A stretch of 63,250 nt of DNA, the filler included, from Stramenopiles sp. TOSAG23-6 (taxonomy: Eukaryota): NCBI GenBank assembly GCA_900128565.1. It is 11 parts of 11 records of this genome, joined end to end, with 100 filler letters (N's around TTAATTAATTAA, not from the genome) between each part and the next. Parts side by side here need not be neighbours in the genome. Positions count along the whole stretch, not along the records: positions 49,799 to 55,920 come from LT636776.1; positions 56,021 to 62,142 come from LT636777.1; positions 62,243 to 63,250 come from LT639973.1; 8 more parts are not named here. One strand, written 5' to 3'. Shown here one piece after another: positions 52,901 to 63,250 of this stretch; position 1 is the stretch's first letter; every line of letters begins with the position of its first letter. A model generated the notes under the pieces. That model made no database searches and had not been told where the DNA came from. It worked only from the letters and a program-made list of their open reading frames with translations. The translations under genes were made by a program, and so were the position numbers.

Positions 52901-54028
52901 GATAGAAATTTGATTAATTCTGGCCATTCTTTTGATTTGACTACGAGACTCTCAGACAAACACGAATTACCAAAGAGTGATACGATGATGGTTAAAAATA
53001 ATGTAGCTGATGAAACATGTACTCGTAACCCTAACCCTAATGATACAATTGGAGTTGAACAAAGTTCAATTAATACGGAATTAACTACAGAAAATGAAAA
53101 CCTTTCCGTAGATGGTGAAAATCACAAAAATAATAAGAACAATGAAACATTGAAATCAGTGATGGATGATTCTAAAACAATAATGAATAAAGAGATAAAA
53201 AACAATGAAACACAAAATACTACAAAAACAATGAATGACGATACAAATCAAGAAATAACGACTAAAAAATTATTTGAGAATAATGGAAAAGATATCCAAC
53301 CATCTTCAAATTGTGATGAAAAAACTGGAAAAACTGAAAAATCGAAAACGAATAAAGAAATATGGTGTGGTTTGCTCACATTTGGATTAAAATTACCTCA
53401 AGTTGTTCTCCCCAGTGGTGTCTTTCAAGCCGAAGATTCGGGACATTCTCTAAATTGCGCAGCGCGAGAATTGAAGAAACATCTTGGCATCGTTTTAGAA
53501 TCAAAAATTTGGACTAGTACGACACAACAATATTTACGACAAAAACAATTAAATCCAAAATATGGTACATTAGAGTTATATAGAGATTCGGTTAGTCAAC
53601 CCAAGCATCGCGTTTATTATATTTTATTACCAGAGGCAAAAGATGCTATTGTCAGTGTTTTGTATGATAAAGATGGCCGGCGTATCATTCGAATATCAAC
53701 AAAACATCCAGCGTCTAGTTCAACAGTTACATCAACAAAAAGTCGATCAACAATAAAAAAAAATGAAAAACAGCCTAATTGGGTTGTTAAAACTGTGGAC
53801 GGTGTGCACTTCTTTTATAATATGCATAAAAAAGTATTTGTCTCTCATACATTACCTCAAGAATGGATAGCAGCAGGATGGCAAATTGCTTGTCAGAGTG
53901 CTGGTACAATGTTGTATTGGTTTAATAAAATATCACAAGAGTCTGAATGGAGAGCAGGCGATAATGCAAAATCACCACCAGGATTTGAACCGCACCCGGA
54001 TCATAAAGAAGTGAAAATCCCAAATTAA
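49915..54028 (+). CDS. Copy of ADK-like multidomain gene
   Basis: Same translation as 117-4230. Confidence 0.75.
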
Positions 54029-54640
54029 AAAACTTTTCTTAAATAGTAGGATTTGAACCGCCGCGTTCATAACAGAATCAGAGGGAAGACATCTAGAGAG
54101 TAAGATTTGAATAAATAAGGATAATTTCTCTAGAAAAGTAGGACTTATTTTGGTTAGTTGAAGCCCTAATCCTATTTATTATCTCTGTAGGGTGATGTCG
54201 TGTTTGGTTTTATTTTGATTGGATTGTTGTCAAATCATATGTGAAGATGAAACATAATTTTATTCTTGTTTTGCTGGTGTAAAGAGTAAAAGCAGTTGTA
54301 TGTTTTTATAAATATAGTATTAAGCTATTTCTTGTTTTTCACATTTTTTGAATTTTTTGATTACTATTATTTTTTTTTCTAAACAGGGCATTTGTTTTCG
54401 CTAAAGTTTCATTATTATTGTAGAGCTTGTATAGGCCCAGTAAGACATGAAAAATGTCGGTCATTGTATTGTAAATGATCAACTTTATCATATATCTAGT
54501 ATTGTTGAAGAAGTACAAGATAAGTGATTTCAACAAATTGCACTAAAAATGATCATAATGCTAATGTATAAAAATTCGAATATGATGATGGAAAATATAT
54601 TTGTGTATTACGACTACATTTAATTGAATAATAAAAACAT

Positions 54641-55677
54641 CTAAACAATACCGCTCTCACCTGTAGTTAAATTCACATTTTCATATAACCCATTCAAATG
54701 TTCATTCATTTTCTCAAGTAACACGAAATCCTGTATTTCTTTTGGTTTTTCAATTTCTAATTTAATAGCTCCTTTTATATTTCTGTATAAAGCTGCTTTT
54801 TGGTATGAGTTTCCTGCTGTTTGTGCTAATAATGCTGTAACTGTTGTATTCAATCTAAGAAGTTTTTGTATTTCTTTAATTTCTGAATTTAGAATTTGTC
54901 TTCTTTCATGAAACCAATTCCAAAAATTTGGACTTTGCACGAAATATAGTAAAAGTTGAAACCAAGTTGAATTTCGTCCAGTTCCACAAATAGCCGCAAT
55001 ATTTGGCATTTTCTGTGGATTTATTGTTTTTTTTTTCATATTTGATAAAAATAAATCAATTTCAAATTTAGGTATCAGATGTGTAGGATTTTCATACGGT
55101 CCAAAACCAGTCGATCCAAACCCTAACCCTAATGATATATTTTTACTGACATTTTGGGTATTTGAATGCATTGAAAAAAATGATGCTGAGCTACCAATAC
55201 CTCCTGGAACGTACATTTTTTTATGTCGTGTTTTTTTGGAAATTTGAAAAAAGGGTTCAAATGGTAGTAATAATTCTGTAGTTAAATGTCTAAAATGTGA
55301 TTTTAAAATTTTAGTATTAATCGAACAAAATGGATCTATGGACAAACCTGTTACAGATTGTACAGTAGTATCTGAATGTATGGATGAGGATGATGACGTA
55401 TTGCTTCTGGTACTTTTATTATTACTCATACTTATTGGATAGGAAAATGATGAATTTCTTTGTGATTTTTGTGATGGTATTTTATCTTGTAGATTTCGTG
55501 ATTGTTTTGAAAATGATGAACTTATTCTTTTCCGTATATTTCGTGTTGTTGTAGGTTTTTTTAATAATTGTTTCATAATAGTTTTATAAGGTGAAACTAC
55601 AGGCAAATTACGACATATAAGATATGCTCTATATGAATGTAATTTATTATCTGATTGTGAACTACCTGCAACAGCCC
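54641..55677 (-). CDS. DENND6: Copy of DENND6-like last exon
   Basis: Same translation as 4843-5879. Confidence 0.65.
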
Positions 55678-56136
55678 AAATAATGTGAAAAAATATGTTC
55701 CCATTCAAAATTTGTTACATTCAAGATTTTGAAAGGTTTTGAAAGGAAAACATGGAAATTGAAAAAATATATACATTTGAACAATACATTTGAACAATAT
55801 ATTTGAACAATACATTTGAACAATATATTTGAACAATAGATTTGAACAATACATTTGAACAATATATTTGAACAATACATTTGAACAATACATTTGAACA
55901 ATACATTTGAACAATACATTNNNNNNNNNNNNNNNNNNNNNNNNNNNNNNNNNNNNNNNNNNNNTTAATTAATTAANNNNNNNNNNNNNNNNNNNNNNNN
56001 NNNNNNNNNNNNNNNNNNNNTAACGTATGTTTTATTTTTTTGAAAATTTGAATTTTTTTTTTTTAGTTTTCATACGAAATTTTGTACCTAACAAAATGTT
56101 TTTGATTTTTTTTTGAAATATTTTTCCAAAATACAT

Positions 56137-59100
56137 ACAATTTCATGTATACAACCAACATTAAACACTACTTTCAGTGATATACAATTGGTGAACCGGG
56201 TATCCAGACAACCAAAGATTCCAGGACGTCATCGAAAACATGGAACAGATTTGGCAAGAATAATATATGTTTTTTTTTTTTTGCCCGGATACAAAAAAAT
56301 TTGATGTGAAAAAATGGTATTTATCCCCCGTAGCTGATGATAGAATAGACGATTATCCCCAACAACAACAACAACAACAAATGCATGACGTATCATCTAT
56401 GGATCATGCATCTTTGGGACATCATATTCGAAATACTGATCCATATGCAAATAACTCTAATCGAAATGAATTAAATATATCTCAAGGTACGAAATTTGGT
56501 ATGGATTTGAGTAGTCAAAGATTTGTATCACAACATGTTATGGACCCTAATGGTAGAAAGCGTTCTAATTCTGATTCATCTAATTCTTATCACGAGTATA
56601 AACAACATTGTGAAAATTTAATCACACAAGTTGAACGCCTCGATTCGTATGAGGAAAAAATGTTTGATTTTCAAGGTGTTAGAGCTCGTGTACGAAAAGG
56701 TGCATATAAAAAACAACATGGATTTACTGATGCTATAAAACGTGTCATAGAAAAAGTACGAAAGAAAGAAGAAGAGCACCAGAACGAGAAGTTTTTTAGA
56801 GCCACTGAAGTGTTGGAGGAATTCAAAAAATTATTAAAGAATTTTCGTAGTGATATGAATCATTTAAAAAAACAGGGGTATAGTGATCAAATATATCCCA
56901 TAAGTCAAAAAAAACGTATGAGAATGTATGTTTTATATGAATTTCTAATTTAATTTTTGTTTCACACGAAATTTCATACTAAACGATTTTTTTTTTGAAA
57001 TATTTTTTCACTATATATGACGCATCATGGAGGAGATGTCATTCATGGTACTCATCAATATGGATATGAGGATACTCGTAGATGGTCTTCAACAAGCAGT
57101 TCGATTAACAATGATGCAATCAGTAATAATTATTGTTATGAAGATGATAGGCATCAGTTTGAAAATTCATCAAACATGAATCGATACAATCAAGGAATTC
57201 GACCTTCGAGTGGACTTAAAATTAAGATTGATCGTGCTCATGCTACAGACATTATTAACCTACAACACCACCCTTCATCCGCACGTTCAACGAGCAGTCG
57301 TCAAAGCTATGTGGATGAGATCCAACAACAGCAGTTCGAACAACAACTACAACAACAACAATTACAACAACAACAACAACAACAACAACAACTATTACAA
57401 CAACAACAACAACAGCAACAACAACAATTCCAGCTTCAGCAACAACAACAACTAAAAGAAAAAATGCGTAGAGAGCAACAGCGGGTGTTACAACAACATA
57501 AACATTCATATGTAAATCAGAGAAAATCGGAGTCTCACAGAAGACCGACTGTTCGCAGTGCTCAACAAAACACGAATTCTTCGAATAACTCTAACAAAAT
57601 GTATCAGAAAGTTCCTGTCGTATTATTACTCGGAGCTCCATGCTGTGGTAAAGGAACACAAGGTAAAATATTACAAAGTGCTCTGCGGTGGCATTATGTA
57701 TCATGTGGTGAAGAATTGCGTAAAGCACGAGTCATCAGCGCGAATGCTCATGCGATAAAAAATTTGGCACGTCTAGAGAATGATCCAAATTCGAAATCAG
57801 AAGCTTATGTCTTGCGGTGTCGAATTATTGATGAATTATTAAAGCGTCAATGTCTTCGTGCTTGCTTAGTAGAAAGTAATTATGCTGGCTTAGTGATTGA
57901 TGGGTGCCGAACTGTAGAACAAGCGAGGGCAATGGAGCAGACACTATCATGTATCAAAGGTCTCCCACCCCTAAAAATTCAGATTGTTGTAACTTTGCAT
58001 GTACCGAAGGAAATTGTAAAAGAAAGAACATTTGATCGATGGATACATGCTCCAAGTGGTCGTATTTACAGCAAAACCATACGACCTCCAAAAAACCCTG
58101 GGTTTGATGACGTCACCGGTGAACGTCTTACCCAAAGAAGTGACAATGATATGTGGGGAAAAAGACACGATTTTTATATAGAAAAACTTGAAGATGTACA
58201 AAATTATTTTGTAAAAAGAGGCGCCTTATTATTAAATGTTGATGCTACATCAACGCCATTGAATGTTCATTCTAAAGTTACCAATGTAATCAATCTAGGT
58301 TTATATAATCGGAAAATAAAACTTTCTCTTCCGGGTGAAGCCGCTTTATGCAGTCGTCCTCGATTGGCTCATTCATCAGCTTTACCTTCTTGGAACAAAG
58401 CTAATGGTGGTGGATGTCTTATTTTATGTCGCAAACCACTTGCTGATTTAATAATTAGAGCTTTAGCTGAAGTTGATGAAACTCCTTTAAAACTTTCTCA
58501 GAATACGAATATACCTACAACAGAAGTGTCAACATCACTTAGGAAAACACTTGCCTGGCCTATTACGCAAAATCCTGAGCGACTGCGTGATTTTTTAGTA
58601 GATGTTGCTTCTAGTAACAAAAATATTTCTGTTGTGCAACAAACTGTTCAGCTTGGAGAATGTTTAGGTTTACAATCATTATTACGCGAATCAACTGATA
58701 TGAGTGCTTATTTTGGTACTGTCACTGGATTAAAAACGTTTGAAAATGGTGTTCAATTTGGAAAAATTTCATATAACCCTAACCCAGATGAACCTTTAAA
58801 TGAACCTTTAAATGAACCTTTAAATGAGCATTTAAATGAGCATTCAGGAATAGTGAAAGAAATAGAGTTTAGTATGGATGAAGTTCGAACACCTACCATT
58901 GATATCACAAAAGATATGGAGGTTTCGTTTAATATTGTATCTAGACAGGGGAAAGATTGGGCTGTTAACATTGAAATTTGGGATGAAAAAAAAGTGAATA
59001 TTTTAGATGTTTTAGAAAATGAAAATAATGAAATTTGGAATCTTGAAAAGACGAAAAATACAAAAAATGATACGATGGACAAATTAGATCCTAAAGATTT

Positions 59101-60250
59101 GGAATCGACGACGGTTACAACAGATAGAAATTTGATTAATTCTGGCCATTCTTTTGATTTGACTACGAGACTCTCAGACAAACACGAATTACCAAAGAGT
59201 GATACGATGATGGTTAAAAATAATGTAGCTGATGAAACATGTACTCGTAACCCTAACCCTAATGATACAATTGGAGTTGAACAAAGTTCAATTAATACGG
59301 AATTAACTACAGAAAATGAAAACCTTTCCGTAGATGGTGAAAATCACAAAAATAATAAGAACAATGAAACATTGAAATCAGTGATGGATGATTCTAAAAC
59401 AATAATGAATAAAGAGATAAAAAACAATGAAACACAAAATACTACAAAAACAATGAATGACGATACAAATCAAGAAATAACGACTAAAAAATTATTTGAG
59501 AATAATGGAAAAGATATCCAACCATCTTCAAATTGTGATGAAAAAACTGGAAAAACTGAAAAATCGAAAACGAATAAAGAAATATGGTGTGGTTTGCTCA
59601 CATTTGGATTAAAATTACCTCAAGTTGTTCTCCCCAGTGGTGTCTTTCAAGCCGAAGATTCGGGACATTCTCTAAATTGCGCAGCGCGAGAATTGAAGAA
59701 ACATCTTGGCATCGTTTTAGAATCAAAAATTTGGACTAGTACGACACAACAATATTTACGACAAAAACAATTAAATCCAAAATATGGTACATTAGAGTTA
59801 TATAGAGATTCGGTTAGTCAACCCAAGCATCGCGTTTATTATATTTTATTACCAGAGGCAAAAGATGCTATTGTCAGTGTTTTGTATGATAAAGATGGCC
59901 GGCGTATCATTCGAATATCAACAAAACATCCAGCGTCTAGTTCAACAGTTACATCAACAAAAAGTCGATCAACAATAAAAAAAAATGAAAAACAGCCTAA
60001 TTGGGTTGTTAAAACTGTGGACGGTGTGCACTTCTTTTATAATATGCATAAAAAAGTATTTGTCTCTCATACATTACCTCAAGAATGGATAGCAGCAGGA
60101 TGGCAAATTGCTTGTCAGAGTGCTGGTACAATGTTGTATTGGTTTAATAAAATATCACAAGAGTCTGAATGGAGAGCAGGCGATAATGCAAAATCACCAC
60201 CAGGATTTGAACCGCACCCGGATCATAAAGAAGTGAAAATCCCAAATTAA
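56137..60250 (+). CDS. Copy of ADK-like multidomain gene
   Basis: Same translation as 117-4230. Confidence 0.75.
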
Positions 60251-60862
60251 AAAACTTTTCTTAAATAGTAGGATTTGAACCGCCGCGTTCATAACAGAAT
60301 CAGAGGGAAGACATCTAGAGAGTAAGATTTGAATAAATAAGGATAATTTCTCTAGAAAAGTAGGACTTATTTTGGTTAGTTGAAGCCCTAATCCTATTTA
60401 TTATCTCTGTAGGGTGATGTCGTGTTTGGTTTTATTTTGATTGGATTGTTGTCAAATCATATGTGAAGATGAAACATAATTTTATTCTTGTTTTGCTGGT
60501 GTAAAGAGTAAAAGCAGTTGTATGTTTTTATAAATATAGTATTAAGCTATTTCTTGTTTTTCACATTTTTTGAATTTTTTGATTACTATTATTTTTTTTT
60601 CTAAACAGGGCATTTGTTTTCGCTAAAGTTTCATTATTATTGTAGAGCTTGTATAGGCCCAGTAAGACATGAAAAATGTCGGTCATTGTATTGTAAATGA
60701 TCAACTTTATCATATATCTAGTATTGTTGAAGAAGTACAAGATAAGTGATTTCAACAAATTGCACTAAAAATGATCATAATGCTAATGTATAAAAATTCG
60801 AATATGATGATGGAAAATATATTTGTGTATTACGACTACATTTAATTGAATAATAAAAACAT

Positions 60863-61899
60863 CTAAACAATACCGCTCTCACCTGTAGTTAAATTCACAT
60901 TTTCATATAACCCATTCAAATGTTCATTCATTTTCTCAAGTAACACGAAATCCTGTATTTCTTTTGGTTTTTCAATTTCTAATTTAATAGCTCCTTTTAT
61001 ATTTCTGTATAAAGCTGCTTTTTGGTATGAGTTTCCTGCTGTTTGTGCTAATAATGCTGTAACTGTTGTATTCAATCTAAGAAGTTTTTGTATTTCTTTA
61101 ATTTCTGAATTTAGAATTTGTCTTCTTTCATGAAACCAATTCCAAAAATTTGGACTTTGCACGAAATATAGTAAAAGTTGAAACCAAGTTGAATTTCGTC
61201 CAGTTCCACAAATAGCCGCAATATTTGGCATTTTCTGTGGATTTATTGTTTTTTTTTTCATATTTGATAAAAATAAATCAATTTCAAATTTAGGTATCAG
61301 ATGTGTAGGATTTTCATACGGTCCAAAACCAGTCGATCCAAACCCTAACCCTAATGATATATTTTTACTGACATTTTGGGTATTTGAATGCATTGAAAAA
61401 AATGATGCTGAGCTACCAATACCTCCTGGAACGTACATTTTTTTATGTCGTGTTTTTTTGGAAATTTGAAAAAAGGGTTCAAATGGTAGTAATAATTCTG
61501 TAGTTAAATGTCTAAAATGTGATTTTAAAATTTTAGTATTAATCGAACAAAATGGATCTATGGACAAACCTGTTACAGATTGTACAGTAGTATCTGAATG
61601 TATGGATGAGGATGATGACGTATTGCTTCTGGTACTTTTATTATTACTCATACTTATTGGATAGGAAAATGATGAATTTCTTTGTGATTTTTGTGATGGT
61701 ATTTTATCTTGTAGATTTCGTGATTGTTTTGAAAATGATGAACTTATTCTTTTCCGTATATTTCGTGTTGTTGTAGGTTTTTTTAATAATTGTTTCATAA
61801 TAGTTTTATAAGGTGAAACTACAGGCAAATTACGACATATAAGATATGCTCTATATGAATGTAATTTATTATCTGATTGTGAACTACCTGCAACAGCCC
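60863..61899 (-). CDS. DENND6: Copy of DENND6-like last exon
   Basis: Same translation as 4843-5879. Confidence 0.65.
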
Positions 61900-62420
61900 A
61901 AATAATGTGAAAAAATATGTTCCCATTCAAAATTTGTTACATTCAAGATTTTGAAAGGTTTTGAAAGGAAAACATGGAAATTGAAAAAATATATACATTT
62001 GAACAATACATTTGAACAATATATTTGAACAATACATTTGAACAATATATTTGAACAATAGATTTGAACAATACATTTGAACAATATATTTGAACAATAC
62101 ATTTGAACAATACATTTGAACAATACATTTGAACAATACATTNNNNNNNNNNNNNNNNNNNNNNNNNNNNNNNNNNNNNNNNNNNNTTAATTAATTAANN
62201 NNNNNNNNNNNNNNNNNNNNNNNNNNNNNNNNNNNNNNNNNNACCATTCGTATCTTCGCGAGATCGATGCAGATCTCACCGTTACCGGGTTCTATAATAC
62301 CCCCCAGAAATCATTGAAAAAATGATCGTAATTGTCTTTCTTTTATTTCACTATCTAAAATATAATTTTTAGCTCCTATTTTTCTCAAATTCATCTAATA
62401 TCACGTATATAACTTTTCAC

Positions 62421-63250
62421 TTACTTCTGTTGCAACTGCACTTTGCAGAACCTAGCTACAATAGTATCCTACTAACATTTCATTTTTTTGTACAAAATTT
62501 TGTACCTAACTACACATATCTTCATCCATGAGTTTATTCCTATCATTTGTCTGTGTTTCAGTATCACAAATACCAGCAAAAGAGAGAATCTCAAACTTTA
62601 TTACATCAATTGGAACCATATCAAGTGTCTTGATCACAGTGACTGCACGTGCAAGACGTGCAACGTGGTTTTTTTTCTCTTTTTCAATCCATTCCTCAAC
62701 CAATTGAAGCATTTCAAATTTACCATGTATTTTGGAAAAATATTTCAAAAAATATATCCACCGAATAAATCAGATGAATTATATGAACCAAAATTATGAC
62801 AATACTCCGCAATCTCTTCCAATGGTGTTTTGCCGAAAGCATTTGGAATTCTTGGGTCAGCTCCGTGCTCTAATAATAGACTCATCAACTCAATATTACC
62901 TGTAGCAGCTGCAACTCCAAAATGAGTACGAAAACCAACTCGTATTGTGAAAAAATATTTTTTGTTTGTTTGTGTTTAATTAAATTCGTAATTGAAAAAA
63001 AAAAATGTACTCGTTCTTTCACTTGTGCACCACGATCAATAAGAATTTTTGCTACGTCAATACTGCCACAAGATGTTGCAAAGCTCAGAACAGTTGTGCC
63101 CATACACATATTCCCAAGTATATCCCCAAGTATTAGTGTATCAACTTCAATTCCACTCGGAAAACAATCGGAAGATGTATCCAACAACTTACAAACTTTT
63201 TCCACATCGTTCCACTCAGCTGCTAAGCGAAATTCGTATAACATTTGCTC
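62421..63250 (-). CDS. Ankyrin-repeat protein (5' end at or beyond window edge), about 4 exons
   Basis: GTTVLSFATSCGSIDVAKILIDRGAQV; after removing 63010-62940: VGFRTHFGVAAATGNIELMSLLLEHGADPRIPNAFGKTPL. Confidence 0.8.
62462..62519 (-). mobile_element. Short family A-like element with its core antisense to the host gene; candidate AT...TA intron, 58 nt
   Basis: GTACAAAATTTTGTACCTAAC lies on the + strand; on the - strand gaa g|ATATGTG...GGATAC-TA|tt gta gct enters the only open frame. Confidence 0.5.
62725..62805 (-). mobile_element. Family A-like intron with clear 3' end (TGAAATATTTTTCCAAAATAC-AT) but uncertain 5' end
   Basis: A frame change is needed between GKTPLEEIAE and GKFEMLQL; the GTATTG start is 1 nt off the usual register. 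Confidence 0.5.
62940..63010 (-). mobile_element. Family A non-canonical intron (GT...GA), 71 nt
   Basis: gaa cga|GTACATTTT...CACAATAC-GA|gtt ggt restores the ankyrin frame; GA duplicated; GT-AG (1 nt longer) would frameshift. Confidence 0.8.

Larger units (their letters stand above)
24911..62142 (+). repeat. Six redundant 6122-nt copies of contig 1 (starts 24911, 31133, 37355, 43577, 49799, 56021)
   Basis: Identical ORF sets at 6222-nt period, each separated by the artificial spacer; they differ from 1-6135 by one 13-bp satellite unit. Confidence 0.97.

Noticed and set aside
24911-62142. Apparent 6.2-kb tandem gene amplification (7 copies)
   Set aside because: Copies are separated by artificial spacers, start at the same base and sit together because contigs are sorted by length; this is assembly redundancy.

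Overview
AT-rich eukaryotic (protist-like) genomic DNA, not one locus. It is 11 contigs joined by artificial 100-nt spacers (N44-TTAATTAATTAA-N44) and sorted by decreasing length (6135, 6128, 6124, 6123, six of 6122, then a partial one). One contig occurs 7 times and two are fold-back palindromes; both look like assembly or amplification artefacts. Genes: a polyQ/adenylate-kinase-like multidomain protein, a DENND6-like C-terminus, an unknown K/N-rich protein, a START-DUS fusion, ATG7 (5' part), a signal peptide + WW + EGF-repeat protein, a mitochondrial 2-oxoglutarate/malate-type carrier and an ankyrin protein. Main observation: nearly every intron here belongs to one of two repetitive, introner-like families, and none of the well-resolved ones ends in AG. 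Family A (~70-150 nt) runs RTAYGTTTT...[palindrome GTACGAAATTTCGTAC]CTAAC...ATATTTTTCACAATAY-NN. Removing it in one fixed register restores the reading frame in 16 cases, giving GT-AT, GT-GT, GT-TT, GT-GA, AT-AT, AT-AA, AT-CC and AT-CT termini. It has a 4-nt terminal inverted repeat, a 2-nt flanking duplication in half the copies, and one apparently antisense copy that is still removable. Family B (~105 nt, AT-AT) occurs twice in the carrier gene. This points to an AG-independent splicing system acting on transposon-derived introns; it is inferred from DNA only and needs RNA evidence.
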